From assembly GCF_009914755.1 (NCBI RefSeq), contig NC_060943.1: 64,000 bases of DNA; one strand, 5' to 3'. A program made the translations under genes and the position numbers. The notes beneath the pieces were generated by a model, which saw only the letters and a list, made by a program, of their open reading frames with translations, was not told the DNA's origin and searched no databases. Shown here piece by piece: positions 31,710-52,429 of the stretch (position 1 is its first letter; every line of letters starts with the position of its first letter). This stretch comes from the human T2T-CHM13v2.0 reference genome, Homo sapiens.

Positions 31710-32781
31710 CTAAATAAATAAATAAATAAATAAATGATTTCTGATTTCCTGGCCCCTCCCGTAGGCATCCGGAGACACTGGTCTGGAAGGCACCCAGGTG
31801 TGAAAACACTCCCAGGTGTGTTTTCTGCAAACCAAAGTTCAAAACCACAGACTCCAAACCAACCAGGGAAGTGGTGTGTCATCCTTGGCTGTCCTTTTGG
31901 TCTTTAGGGGATTGTAAAATTCCTATAGCCTAGGCTGCATCCAACATCAGTGGAATAAAAATGTGTAGGGGTGTGTGCTACCATTAGTTTTTCAAACTCT
32001 CCAGGAGATTCCAATGTACGTTCAGGTTGGGATACAAATAAAGTACATTTCTTCCCATTTAAACTCTCACTGGCTACACGTGAATGGTATGATTGCTCCA
32101 TAGCCATGTCTGCACTTGGCATTGCTATTTTTTCATTTTAGCCAAACAGAAGTGTATATGAGTATCTCATAGTGATTTTTCATCAGCGTTTATCTGAAGC
32201 TAAACAGAATTTGGGCATGTGTTCAGGATTGTATTGACCATTTATTTATTCTCTCTTCAATAGTGCCTACTGAAGTTTTCCACTCATTTTGCACATCAAT
32301 TTTTAGTATTTTTTTTCATTTGATGGACATCTTTCTAGTCTGTATTCTGGCTTGATGTACTTTACTGGATGCACATCATGCAAATATCTTTTCCAATATG
32401 ATTTTCTAGCACCCATTTCTCTCTGCATTTTCATTAATAGGAGATCTTTCTTTTTTTTTTTTTAGATGGAGTCTCACTCTGTCGCCCAGGCTAGAGCGCG
32501 GTATATTGTGTCTATATATTGGAGTTTGCAGGGGAGGCATCGGTGCATTGAAATTGCCACAATGTGATTAAATACGTAAGCTAATTGTGTCTTAAACTTC
32601 CTAGCCCCAGGTCCAAATTGGTAAAATAGCCAGCATCTGTCTGCCTCCTCAAAGATCAAACCAGGAAGATTTATACAATGAAAACATCATGAAAAATAAT
32701 AGGAAAAAACTGAGTAGTCACTGCATAGACCAAGGCTGCTGAGACTGTATTTCTTTTTTATTAGGTCTGTTTATTTATTAG

Positions 32782-32985
<204 letters not shown>

Positions 32986-33302
32986 TAGTAGAGACGGGGT
33001 TTCTCCATGTTGAGGCTGGTCTCGAACTCCTGACCTCAGGTGATCCGCCCGACTCGGCCTCTCAAAGTGCTGGGATTACAGGATTGAGCCACCGCACCCG
33101 GCCGACAATTCCATTCTTATTTCCGTAGAATGCTTTCAAAGATGTTTGAGAGAATGGGAGGAAAAGGAAACATATCTAAAATGCCGATATTAACTGTAAA
33201 TACCACCCCGCCACACACACGGATTAAATTCTTTTTCTACTGACATTCTGTGTTGGTAACACCATATTGGTTTCTGTATAAAGATTTAGAAATGCTTCAA
33301 AT

Positions 33303-33370
33303 CCAATGGGTGGAGACAGGGCGTTCCCTATGGATTATCCACTGATTGCATTATCACTCCCTCTATAAAA
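33303..33370 (+). promoter_or_regulatory. Copy 4 promoter (CCAAT 33303; DUX4-type motif 33343-33353; TATAAAA 33364-33370)
   Basis: Motifs read directly. Confidence 0.8.
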
Positions 33371-33462
33371 GAGGAGCTAGATGCAGAAGCCACTGCATTT
33401 TCTGGCAAGCCAAGGGCTGTCTGTGCCTCAGGAGTGGGGTCAGCAGGAGGAACTCTACAGCT

Positions 33463-35711
<2,249 letters not shown>

Positions 35712-35857
35712 AGCTCAGTCTTGGGCTTTCGGTCCCTTTCTTTTAATGCCCATCCTCATTCCTACTCTGAATTGTCACACTTTTCCCTTCCCCACCAGTT
35801 CTTTAATAAAAGTATTTGAAAGGCAACAGGTGTAAGGAGTGGATGTTTTTGTGGTGA

Positions 35858-36235
<378 letters not shown>

Positions 36236-36427
36236 TAAGCCACCTTGCCCGGCTGTTAATTAGTTTTTGTATTAAATTCTAATTTAATCTTTGGCCTGGC
36301 GCTGTGGCTTATGCCTGTAGTCCCAGCACTTTGGGAGGCGGAGCAGGGCAGATCGTCTGAGGTCAGGAGTTCAGGACCAGCCTGGCCAATATGGCGAAAC
36401 GCCATCTCTACTAAAAATAACTAATCA

Positions 36428-36559
<132 letters not shown>

Positions 36560-37266
36560 TCAAAACAAAAATTCTAATTTAATTTTCAAATGAAATCCTT
36601 TAAAAATGAAATTCTGTAATTTTAAATGAAACGAATACATTACATTATAATTTGTTAAAAATGTATTACATTTTCATTTTTAAATTGAGTTTTCATTTTT
36701 TGAAATTTTCGATTTAGGGGTACATGTGTACATGTTTGTTACATGGATATATCGCTTAACGGTGGGGGTTGGTTTTGTAGTTTATGGGTTACCCAAATAC
36801 TAAACATCGTACCCAGTAGCTAAGTTTTCAACCCATGGGTAAATTCAATTAACCTAGCCTGAAGGATTATTCACTGTTTAGACATTACATTTTCTCCCTA
36901 TAATATACATTCTCAAGGCGAAGTTGGTACGTATCCCAAGATTTTTTTTTTAATGAAACATTTTTACCCCATTTACTCTGATGTGGTTATCAGACATTTT
37001 GTGCCTGTATCAAAATATCTCACGTACCACATAAATATATACACATACTACGTCCCTGCCCGCTGTTTGACTTTGAGTTTCCTTACCTCTTTCTCTTTAT
37101 CGTTGATCAAAACATGGAATGGAATACTTCATGGTAATTATTTTATGCATCTCGGGTTAGGTGGAAACTACTGGTTGTTTTCACTCTAGCAGAGTTAGGG
37201 TGGCAGGAAGTGCCCATCAGCAGATGCTACTGCACACCAGCCCGGGCGACAGAGCAAGACTCTGTG

Positions 37267-38766
37267 TATAAAAATAAATATATAATTTATATATAATTAT
37301 AAATACATTATATATAATTTATATATAATTATAAATACATTATATATAATTTCTATATAATTATAAATACATTATACATAATGTATACATAATTATAAAT
37401 ACATTATGTATAATACAATTATATACTATATAATTATATTATATACTATAATATATTTCTTATATAATTATATTATAATATAATTTATATGTTATATAAT
37501 TATATTTTATATTATAATATAATTTATATGCTATATAATTATATTATATATTATAATATAATTTATATGTTATATAATTATATTATATATAATATAATTT
37601 ATATGTTATATAATTATATTATATATATAATATAATTTATATGTTATATAATTATATTATATATATTATATAATTTATATATTATATACTTACATATATT
37701 ATATATTAAAATATAATTTATATATTATGTAATTATATATTATATATTATAATTATATTTATATATCATATTTATATAATTATATAATATAATTGTATAA
37801 TATATACTATATAGGTATATTATATAATTATATATAATTATATATATTATAATATATAATATAATATATATTATATAATATATAATTATACATAACTGTA
37901 TTAAATATAATAATATATAATTATATATAATATATATAATATACTATAATATAATTATATATAATTATATTGTATATTATGTATAATATATAATTTATTA
38001 TATTATATATTATATATAATATATATAATATATATAATATGTAATATATAATATATAATATATAATATATAATATATATAATATAATATAATTATATAAA
38101 ATTATATCATATTATATTATATTATATATTATATATAATATAGTTATGTATAATTATATATTATATAATATAATATATATTATATTATATAATTAATATA
38201 TATAATTATATATAATAATTATATACCTATATATTATATAATTATATTATATAATTAATAAATATATTACATATAATTATATAAATATAATATATAAATA
38301 TAATTATAATACATAATATATATAATTATATAATATATAAATTATATTTTAATATATATAATTATATAATATACAAATTATAATTTAATATATAATATGT
38401 ATAATTATATACTATATAAATTATATTATAATTTATAATATAATTATATAACATATAAATTATATTATAATATATAATATAATTATATAACATATAAATT
38501 ATATTATAATATATAATATAATTATATAACATATAAATTGTATTATAATGTATAATATAATTATATAACATATAAATTATATTATAATATAAAATATAAT
38601 TATATAACATATAAATTATATTATAATATAATTATATAAGAAATATATTATAGTATATAATATAATTATATAGTATATAATTTTATTATACATAATGTAT
38701 TTATAATTATGTATAAATTATATATAATGTATTTATAATTATATATAAATTATATATTTATTTTTA
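37267..38766. repeat. ~1.5-kb AT-rich tract 2 (spacer of P2; reverse-complement homologue of tract 1)
   Basis: Same composition and units; diagnostic G/C-containing words appear inverted relative to tract 1. Confidence 0.95.
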
Positions 38767-39472
38767 GACACAGAGTCTTGCTCTGTCGCCCGGGCTGGTG
38801 TGCAGTAGCATCTGCTGATGGGCACTTCCTGCCACCCTAACTCTGCTAGAGTGAAAACAACCAGTAGTTTCCACCTAACCCGAGATGCATAAAATAATTA
38901 CCATGAAGTATTCCATTCCATGTTTCGATCAATGATAAAGACGTAAGGAAACTCAAAGTCAAACAGCGGGCAGGGACGTAGTATGTGTATATATTTATGT
39001 GGTACGTGAGATATTTTGATACAGGCACAAAATGTCTGATAACCACATCAGAGTTAATGGGGTAAAAATGTTTCATTAAAAAAAAAATCTTGGGATACGT
39101 ACCAACTTCGCCTTGAGAATGTATACTATAGGGAGAAAATGTAATGTCTAAACACTGAATAATCCTTCAGGCTAGGTTAATTGAGTTTACCCATGGGTTG
39201 AAAACTTAGCTACTGGGTACGATATTCAGTATTTGGGTAACCCATAAACTACAAAACCAACCCCCACCGTTAAGCGATATATCCATGTAACAAACATGTA
39301 CATGTTCCCCTAATTCGAAAATTTCAAACAATGAAAACTCAATTTAAAAATGAAAATGTAATACATTTTTAACAAATTATAATGTAATGTATTCGTTTCA
39401 TTTAAAATTACAGAATTTCATTTCATTTTTAAAGGATTTCATTTGAAAATTAAATTGGAATTTTTGTTTTGA

Positions 39473-39604
<132 letters not shown>

Positions 39605-39796
39605 TGATTAGTTATTTTTAGTAGAGATGGGGTTTCGCCATATTGGCCAGGCTGGTCCTGAACTCCTGACCTCAGACGATCTGCCCTGCTCCGCCTCCCA
39701 AAGTGCTGGGACTACAGGCATAAGCCACAGCGCCAGGCCAAAGATTAAATTAGAATTTAATACAAAAACTAATTAACGGCCAGGCAACGTGGCTTA

Positions 39797-40090
<294 letters not shown>

Positions 40091-40315
40091 TTAAAATCGT
40101 GGTAAACAGAAACTGAGATGTACAGTGACATGTAAAGGTCTCCTTCCTCATCCCATAAAACCCAATTTCTCACCACAAAACCATCCACTCCTTACACCTG
40201 TTGCCTTTCAAATACTTTTATTAAAGAACTGGTGGGGAAGGGAAAAGTGTGACAATTCAGAGTAGGAATGAGGATGGGCATTAAAAGAAAGGGACCGAAA
40301 GCCCAGGACTGCGCT

Positions 40316-42598
<2,283 letters not shown>

Positions 42599-42691
42599 AG
42601 CCGTAGAGTTTCTCTTGCTGACCCCACTCTTGAGATGCAGACAACCCTTGGCTTGCCGGAAAATGCAGTGACTTCTGCATCTGGTTCCCCT

Positions 42692-42763
42692 TTTTATAGA
42701 GAAAGCGAGTGATAATGCAATCAGTGGATAATCCACAGGGAACACCCTGTCTCCGCCCATTGG
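42692..42763 (-). promoter_or_regulatory. Copy 5 promoter (TATA 42692-42698; DUX4-type motif 42713-42723)
   Basis: Same sequence as the copy 3 promoter. Confidence 0.8.
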
Positions 42764-43113
42764 ATTTGAGGCATTTCTAAATCTTTATACAGAAACCAAT
42801 GTGGTGTTACCTACACAGAGTGTTAGTAGAGAAAGAATTGAATACGTGTGTATGTGTGTGTGGCGGGGTGGTATTTACAGTTAATATCAGCATTTTAGAT
42901 ATGTTTCCCTTTTTCTCCCAGTTTTCCAAACATCTTTGAATACTTTCTATAGAAATAGGAATGGAATTGTCTATGTACATAAATGTTCACGTAATATTTG
43001 ATTTAATAACAACAACTAAAGACCATTTAAATGTTCTTTAAGAAAAGAAAGCCCAAAACTTTTATTCACAATCCTATAGAATATATCACACAGTTGTTGC
43101 AAAGAAATTACTA

Positions 43114-43422
<309 letters not shown>

Positions 43423-45466
43423 CTATTTCGTGCATTTACATTTAATATAATTACCAGTAAATTTGAAATTGTTTCAATCATCTCATTTTTCCTAGGTTTT
43501 GACTTAACTGACTCACGTTCCTTTTGCCTTTACTTGACTGACTTTGAATTAAATATGTTTATTATTTTATTGTTATCTCCATGAACTTGCTAGTTACAGC
43601 CATACAAATCTGTGTAGTTATGCTAATAATTAAATCATATACTCTGATACAATTAATTACTTTAACCCCTCCCACAAAATGCTAATACTTTAGAACACTT
43701 TTAATTCTCTTTTTAGCTGTTTCTGACTTTTGTATTACCATTCTCATGCATATTAATTCTACACATATTTTACTCTCCAGGAGACATTTCTAGTATTGCT
43801 TCATAAAGCAATATGCACTAATATTTACCTACAGCTTATCTTGTGCATTCATCTTTGTTCCTTTCTGCATTTCTAGCATTCAATCTGGGATTATTTCCCT
43901 GTGGACTTGAGAATTCATTCTAGTATTTTTCTTCTAATTCAATGCTGCTAACAACTAATTGTTTTCCTTTACACTTTTATTTAGGCATCTTTATTTGGGG
44001 GCAATATTGCTGTCAGGTACGGGTGTCTGGTTTGACAAATTTCTTTCAGCATATTAGAAATGGTGCCCCACTGATGTCTATCTCATTTTACCTGTGTTGA
44101 GATGTCAGCTGTCAGGCTTTTCCTTGCTTCTTGGGTTTCCACATTCTCTAAACTCTTTCTCGTTGTGGTTGGTTTGTAGGCCACAGTGTAGCTCATCATT
44201 GCTTCCTGTGTATTTCCTTTGCCTAGAGGGTGTGGAGTCAATTGCATCTGTGGGTTGATGTCTTTCATTGGTTTGGAAGGTGCATATGTATCCTTCACTT
44301 CTGATATCCATTCTTGTCCAAGTTCTCTCTACTCTTCTTTTAATCACATCCCACTTGTCTCTGAAGTTTCCAATGTTGTTCATGCTTTGGTGGGAATATT
44401 TGCTCTTGAACCTTGTTCCACTTTGCTAATCTACCTTTTTTCTAGGTTCAGTCTCATTTTAATTTTCCTTCCTTCCTTCCTTCCTTCCTTCCTTCCTTCC
44501 TTCCTTCCTTCCTTCCTTCCTGTCTTCCTTCCTTCCTTTCTTTCTTTCTTTTCTCTCTTTTCTTTCGAGATGGGGTCTCACTCTGTCACCCAGGCTGGAG
44601 AGCAGTGGCGGGATCTCAGCTCACTGCAACCTCTGCCTCCCGGGTTCAATGATTCTCCTGCTTCAGCCTCCCAAGTAGCTGGGACTACAGGCACATGCCA
44701 CCACACCCAGCTTATTTTTGTATTTTTTGTCGAGACGGGGTTTCACCATGTTGGCCAGGGTGGTCTCGAACTACTGACCTCAAGTGATTCACCTGCCTTG
44801 GCCTCTCAAAGTGCTAGGATTACAGGCGTGAGCCACCGTGCCTGGCCTAATTTCTTATACTCTTAGTTTCAGTTCTAAGTATAAAACACAGTAAATAGCT
44901 TTAATTAAAAACTAGGTAGAAGAACAGCTTCACAGTCAATGAGGAGATAATCTGCCTTCTTGATACAATGAAACTCTAAATAGAAAGGAGAAAATTCAAA
45001 TTTGAACCATATTAAGATACATTAAGAGCAACTATTCATTCAAATACATCAGTAAGAGAGAAAGCGTGGAAAACCGGAGTGGGGGAAGAGGTTTGGATCC
45101 TGTACCCCCAGGAAAGTACATCAAGCCAGAGTATATATATAAAAAAAATTTTAATATTTAAAAAAAAGAGAATAATGTCAAACAGAGAAAAATAATGAAA
45201 ACACACTTGAAACTGGGTGAAAAACTTGAATGGATCCTACACAAAAGAATATAAACAAGTGACCGTAAAAAATTATTATTATCATTATTATTATTATTAA
45301 TTTTCAGGTGGAGTCTTGTTCTGTCACCCAGGCTGGAGTGCAGTGGCACGATCTTGGCTCGCCGCAACTCTGCCTTCTGGGTTCAAGCGATTCTCCTGCC
45401 TCAGCCTCCTGAGTAGGTGGGATTACAGGCTCCCACCACCACGTCCAGCTAATTTTTGTATTTTGA

Positions 45467-45589
<123 letters not shown>

Positions 45590-45684
45590 TGACCAGCAAA
45601 ATTTGAGCAAATGTTTAACCCTTTTAGCTTCAGGGAAATGCTAAAAAAATAAAAATTACAATGAGATACTATTATACAGATATC

Positions 45685-48090
45685 TATACATTATATTATA
45701 ATATATAATATATATTATAATATTATATAATATAATTATATATATAATTATAATATAATATAATTATATAATATATAATTTATATATAATATAATTATAT
45801 AATATATAATTTATATATAATATAATTATATAATATATAATTTATATATAATATAATTATATAATATATAATTTATATATAATATAATTATATAATATAT
45901 ATTTATATATAATATAATTATATAATATATAATTTATATATAATATAATTATATAATATATAAATTATATATAATATATAATATAATTATATAATATATA
46001 ATTATATTCTATATAGAATATAATTATATAATATATAATTATATTATATATAGAATATAATTATATAATATATAATTATATTCTATATAGAATATAATTA
46101 TATAATATATAATTATATTATATATTATATAATTATAATATAATTATATAATATAATTATATTATATAATTATAATATAATTATATAATATAATTATATT
46201 ATATATAATTATATTAAATATATTATATAATATATAATTATATTATATATTATATAATATATAATTATATTATATATTATATAATATATAATTATATTAT
46301 ATATTATAATACATTTAATATAATTATATTATAGATTATAATCTATAATATAATTATATTAATAGTATTATAATATATAATATATTATATATAATTATAT
46401 TATAACATATTATATATAATTATATTATAGATCATAATCTATAATATAATTATATATAATATGTTATAATATATAATTATATTCTATATATAATTATATA
46501 TAATATAATTATATTCTGTATATAATTATATATAATATAATTATATTCTGTATATAATTATATATAATTATATTCTATATATAATATAATTATATATAAT
46601 TATATACAGAATATAATTATATATAATACAATTATATTCTATATACAATATAAAATATAATTATAATATATAATATAATTATAATACATAATATAATTAT
46701 ATATTATATACTTATAGATAATATATAATAATATAATTATATAATATATTATTATATAATTATATATATAATATAATTATATATAATTATATATTATATA
46801 ATTAAATATAATTATATTATAAATTATAATATAATTATATTATATATAATTATATATATAATTACATTATATATAATTATATATATAATTATATTATATA
46901 TAATTATATATATAATTATATTATATATATAATTATATATTATAATATATTATATATAATTATATATATAATATATTATATATTATAATATATTATATAT
47001 AATTATATTATAGATTATAATCCATAATTATATATATTATAATATATATAATTATATGATATATTATAATATATTATATTATATATAATTATTTATATAA
47101 TATAATATATTATATTATATTATAATATATAATATTATATTATAATATATAATTATATATATTATAATATATAATTATATATATTATAATATATTATATA
47201 TAATTATATTATAGATTATAATTAAATATATTTAAATTATACATTATAATATAATTAAATATATTTAATTATATTATACATTATAATATAATTAAATATA
47301 TTTAATTATATTATAATGTATAATACAGTTATATAATATAAATTATATTATAATATATAATTATATATTTTACATTTTATATATAATACAATATATTACA
47401 TATAATGATAGTTATATATAATACATTATATATAAATATAATTATATACAGTAGAATATGTTATATATAATTATAATTATATATATTATAGATAATAAAT
47501 ATATTCATTATGTATATTATATTTTTTATATTATATATTTAGTATTATTGGAATTATAATTTATTTTATGTAATTGTATATTATATATTATAATTATATA
47601 TTATATGTATAATTACAATTACAATATATAATATATAAATTATATATTATATATGTAGATTACATGTTATATATAATATATGTAAATTATATATTATATT
47701 TATATATTATATGTAAATTATATTTTATTCATATATTATAATATATGTAAATTGTATATTATATTTATATATTATAATATATGTGAATTGTATATATCTA
47801 TATATTATAATATATGTAAATTGTATATTATATTTATATATTATAATATATGTAAATTATATATTATATGTGTAAATTATATATATTTATATGTATAAAT
47901 TATATATTATATTTATATAGTATAATATGTGTAAATTATATATTATGCAAGTATATATAGCTTATATATAGTATAATTATACAATTCTATATAATGTAAT
48001 TATATATTAAATATATGTAATTTATATAATATATAATGTGTATTTAATTTATATTATATAATTACATTATGTGTTTATATATATTATTAT
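45685..48090. repeat. ~2.4-kb AT-rich tract 3 at the right boundary of the duplication
   Basis: Nearly pure TA/TAA low-complexity sequence with internal tandem units (e.g. TATAATATATAATTTATATATAATATAAT). Confidence 0.95.
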
Positions 48091-49360
48091 AGAGAGAGAT
48101 AAACAAGAATCTCCATGTGCTCCCCAAACTGTCTCTGGGTTTCCATCTGTGGGATGCCTTTCCCAGTGTCCTAAGGATCTTGGAGAGCTCCCTTCTGTGG
48201 CTCTCTGCAGGGAGACAGACTATCCCTAAATACAACTGCCAGACACAGAACAAAACTGTTGCCGTCATGCCAGGTACCACGTCAGTATCTTCAACCAAGA
48301 TTGGAGCTCTTCTGGGGTGCTACAGAAGCCCACGGGTAAGGAGTTTGGGAATTCTACAGAGAAATATTTGGGTCTCCCCTAATGCCACTCTCTTACATCT
48401 CATCGAATGGAAAGGTGGACACTGAGCTTACATATCCATGAGAGTTATAACAGAGTTATAAACAGACCTTAGGGAATTCCCTGTATCATGAAATGATCAT
48501 GATGGTGATGATGCTGATGATTATTATTATTATTTTGGAAAGAAGGTCTCACTCTGTCAACCAGGTTGGAGTGCAGTGGTACAATCACGGCTCACTGATG
48601 TCTCGACCTCCTGGCTCAGGTGATCCTCCTGCCTCAGCCTCATAAGGAACTGGGACTACAGATGCATGCCACCACACCTAGCTAATTTTGTTGTTTGTTG
48701 TTGTTGAGAAGGGGTCTCACAATGTTGCCCAGGCTGGAGTGCAGTGGCATGTGGTATGATCATGGCTCACTGTAGTCTTAACCTCCTGAGCTCAGGTGAT
48801 CTTCCTGCCTCAGCCTCCCAAGGAACTGTGACTACAGGCGCATGCCACACACCTGGCTAATTTTTGTATTTTGGGTTTTTTTGGTAGAGATGGGGTCTCA
48901 CTATGTTGCCCAGCCTGGCCTCAAACTGTTGGCCCCAAGTGATCCTCCCGCCCTGGCCTCCCAAACTGCTGAGATTACATGTGTGTGCCCAGTCAACATT
49001 ATTAACAATAGCAAGGATGGGAATAAAACAGAACGTGCAGTGGATGCTGTGAGTCTCGACCCAGAGTCCTGTCCATGGCCAATGCCTCCATCCCCCAGCT
49101 GCTGAGAATACTGACTGCTGACAGTTCATAGCTGTGTGCCTTACTGGAAACATCAGGATTACAGGACGCCAGGAATTCCGCAACACAGAGAAGTACCCCA
49201 TCCTAGAATATGACTTTCTCAGGGGCATCCAGAGACCAGGCTCACACCTATAATCCCAGCAATTTGGGAGGCCAAGGCGGGCAGATCACCTGAAGTCGGG
49301 AGTTTGAGACCAGCCTGACCAACATAGAGAAATCCCGTCTCTACTAAAAATACAAAATTA

Positions 49361-49573
<213 letters not shown>

Positions 49574-50442
49574 TCACACCAAAAGAGAGAAATCTCTGGT
49601 TTCCAACACTTCCTCAAGACAGTGAACCCTTTCCAATACACAGAAGACTTTTACTTTAGTAAATTCTGGATTGACCTTTTTTTTTTTTTTTCCTACTTGC
49701 TGGATCGCAAGGTGGAAGAATTGTGGAGCTTGCCCATCAAATTCTGCCACTGCACTCCAGCCTGGGTGACAGAGGAGACTTGGTCTCAAAAATAAAAATA
49801 AATAATAAATGTATACATTTTGATGGGTTTGGACATATGCACACACTTATGGTGCCACCACCACAATCGAGGTACTAAATATATTCATTCATGTCATGCC
49901 CTTTTCAAAGTACAAGGACCAGGTCAGGAGCAGTGGTGGCTCATGCCTGTAATCCCAGCACTTTGGGAGGCCAAGGCAGGAAGATTGCTTGAGGCCAGGA
50001 GTTCAAAACCAGCCTAGGCAAAATAGCAAGAGCCTGTCTCCATAAAAAAGAAAAGAAAAAGAAAAAAATGAAAAATTAGCTGGGCATGGTGGCATACACC
50101 TGTAATCTCACCTACTCAGGAGGTCGAGGTGAGCAGATCACTTGAGGCTAGGAGTTCAAGACCAGCTGGATAACATAGCAAGACCCTATGTCTACAAAAA
50201 TGTTTTAAATTAGCCAGATGTGGTGGTGTGCACCTGTAGTCCTAGCTCTTCAGGAGGCTGAGGCAGAAGGATCACTTGAGCCCAGAAATTCGAGGCTACA
50301 GTGAGCCATGATGGAGCCACTGCACTCCAGCCTGAGCAGCAGAGTGAGAGATCCTGTCTCAAAAATATATATATTATTACTGTTAGTAAAATTAGAAATT
50401 AGATGGTAAATTAAACTTTCTAACATTAATTTTTATAGGTTA

Positions 50443-50661
<219 letters not shown>

Positions 50662-51033
50662 TTAGTAGATGAGTGATTAAATAAATTTTGGTACAGCAAT
50701 TAATTGGAATATCATACCACTTATTTAAGACTTGGCTAAACACTCATATCTACCTGGAAAAAAGTCCATGGTCTGTTAATTTTTTAAAGTAATCTCCAGA
50801 ATAATTAGTATATAGTATTATAGTATTTTTAAAAACTATTTTAAAACTCTCAATATAGGAATATATATTGTGATAAAATGCTTTTTCTAGTATTTATGTA
50901 GTAAATTATATTATTACATGTCTTAAGTTTAATTTTTTGTAGAGCAAGGACTATAGTAATGGTCACCTCAAAGTCAAATTAGAGAAGGGAAAGGGAGTTT
51001 TATCTTATTTTTTACTTTAATTTTTTTTTTTGA

Positions 51034-51129
<96 letters not shown>

Positions 51130-51431
51130 TGAGCCTCCCGAGTAGCTGAGATTACAGGCACCACACCCGGCTAATTTGTTTTGTAATTTTAGTAGAGACA
51201 GGGTTTCATCATGTTGGCCAGGCTGGTTTCGAGCTCCTGACCTCAAGTGATCCACCCACCTCTGCCTCCCAAAGTGCTGTGATTACAGGCATGAGCCACC
51301 ACACCCGGGAAAGGGAGTTTTGAATTGTGTTTTACATACTCCATATTTGTGAGAATGAGCATATATTATTTTATTAATTTTAAAAATCTAATTAAAAACT
51401 TTTAAATAAAACAACATTAAGAACTATGAAA

Positions 51432-52429
51432 TGTAGGGGCCAACCCCACAGGGTCAGTGGGTTTTTCTCCCTGTGTGTGGAGACAAGAGATTGTAGAAAT
51501 AAAGACAAAGAGATAAAAGAAAAGACAGCTGGGACTGGGGGACCACTACCACCAAGATGCAGAGACTGGTAGAGGCCCTGAATGCCAGGCTGTGCTGATA
51601 TTTATTGGATATAAGAAAAAGGAGCAGGGTAAGGAGTGTGAGCCATCTCCAATGATAGGTAAGGTCACGTGGGTCACGTGTCCACTGGACAGGGGGCCCT
51701 TCCCTGCCTGGCAGCCGAGGCAGAGAGAGAGAGGGAGAGAGAGAGACAGTTTACGCCATTATTTCTGCATATCGGAGACTTTTAGTACTTTCACTAATTT
51801 TGCCACTGCTATCTAGAAGGCAGAGCCAGGTGTACAGGATGGAACATGAAAGAGGACCAGGAGTGTGACCACTGAAGCACAGCATCACAGGGAGACCGTT
51901 AGGCCTCCAGATAACTGCAGGCGAGCCTGACTGATGTCAGGCCCTCCACAAGAGGTGGAGGAGTAGAGTCTTCTCTAAACTCCCCTGGGGAAAGGGAGAC
52001 TCCCTTGCCCCGTCTGCTAAGTAGCGGGTGTTCTTCCTTGATACTGACACTACCGCTAGACCAAGGTCCGCTTGGCAACAGGCGTCTTCCCAGCCGCTGG
52101 CGTTACCGCTAGACCAAGGAGGCCTCTAGTGGCCCTGTCCGGGTATAACAGAAGGCTCGCACTCGTCTTCTGGTCACTTCTTACTATGTCCCCTCAGCTC
52201 CTATCTCTGTATGGCCTGGTTTTTCCTAGGTTATGATTGTAGAGTTAGGATTATTATAATATTGGAATAAAGAGTAATTGCTACAAACTAATGATTAATG
52301 CTATTCACATATAATCATATCTATGATCTGTATCTAGTATAACTATTCTTATTTTATATATTTTATTATACTGGAACAGCTCATGCCCTCGGTCTCTTGC
52401 CTCGGCACCTGGATGGCTTGTTGCCCACA
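51432..52429 (-). mobile_element. Solo LTR13 (HERV-K13/HML-4 family LTR), ~1 kb
   Basis: TG...CA termini with a perfect 6-bp TSD ATGAAA (51426-51431 and 52430-52435). The minus strand starts TGTGGGCAACAAGCCATCCAGGTGCCGAGGCAAGAGACCGAGGG, matching my recollection of the LTR13 consensus. Confidence 0.85.

Noticed and set aside
33381-33398. Small inverted repeat ATGCAG-N6-CTGCAT near the presumed TSS
   Set aside because: A 6-bp stem is expected by chance, and its left half probably lies upstream of the transcript start.
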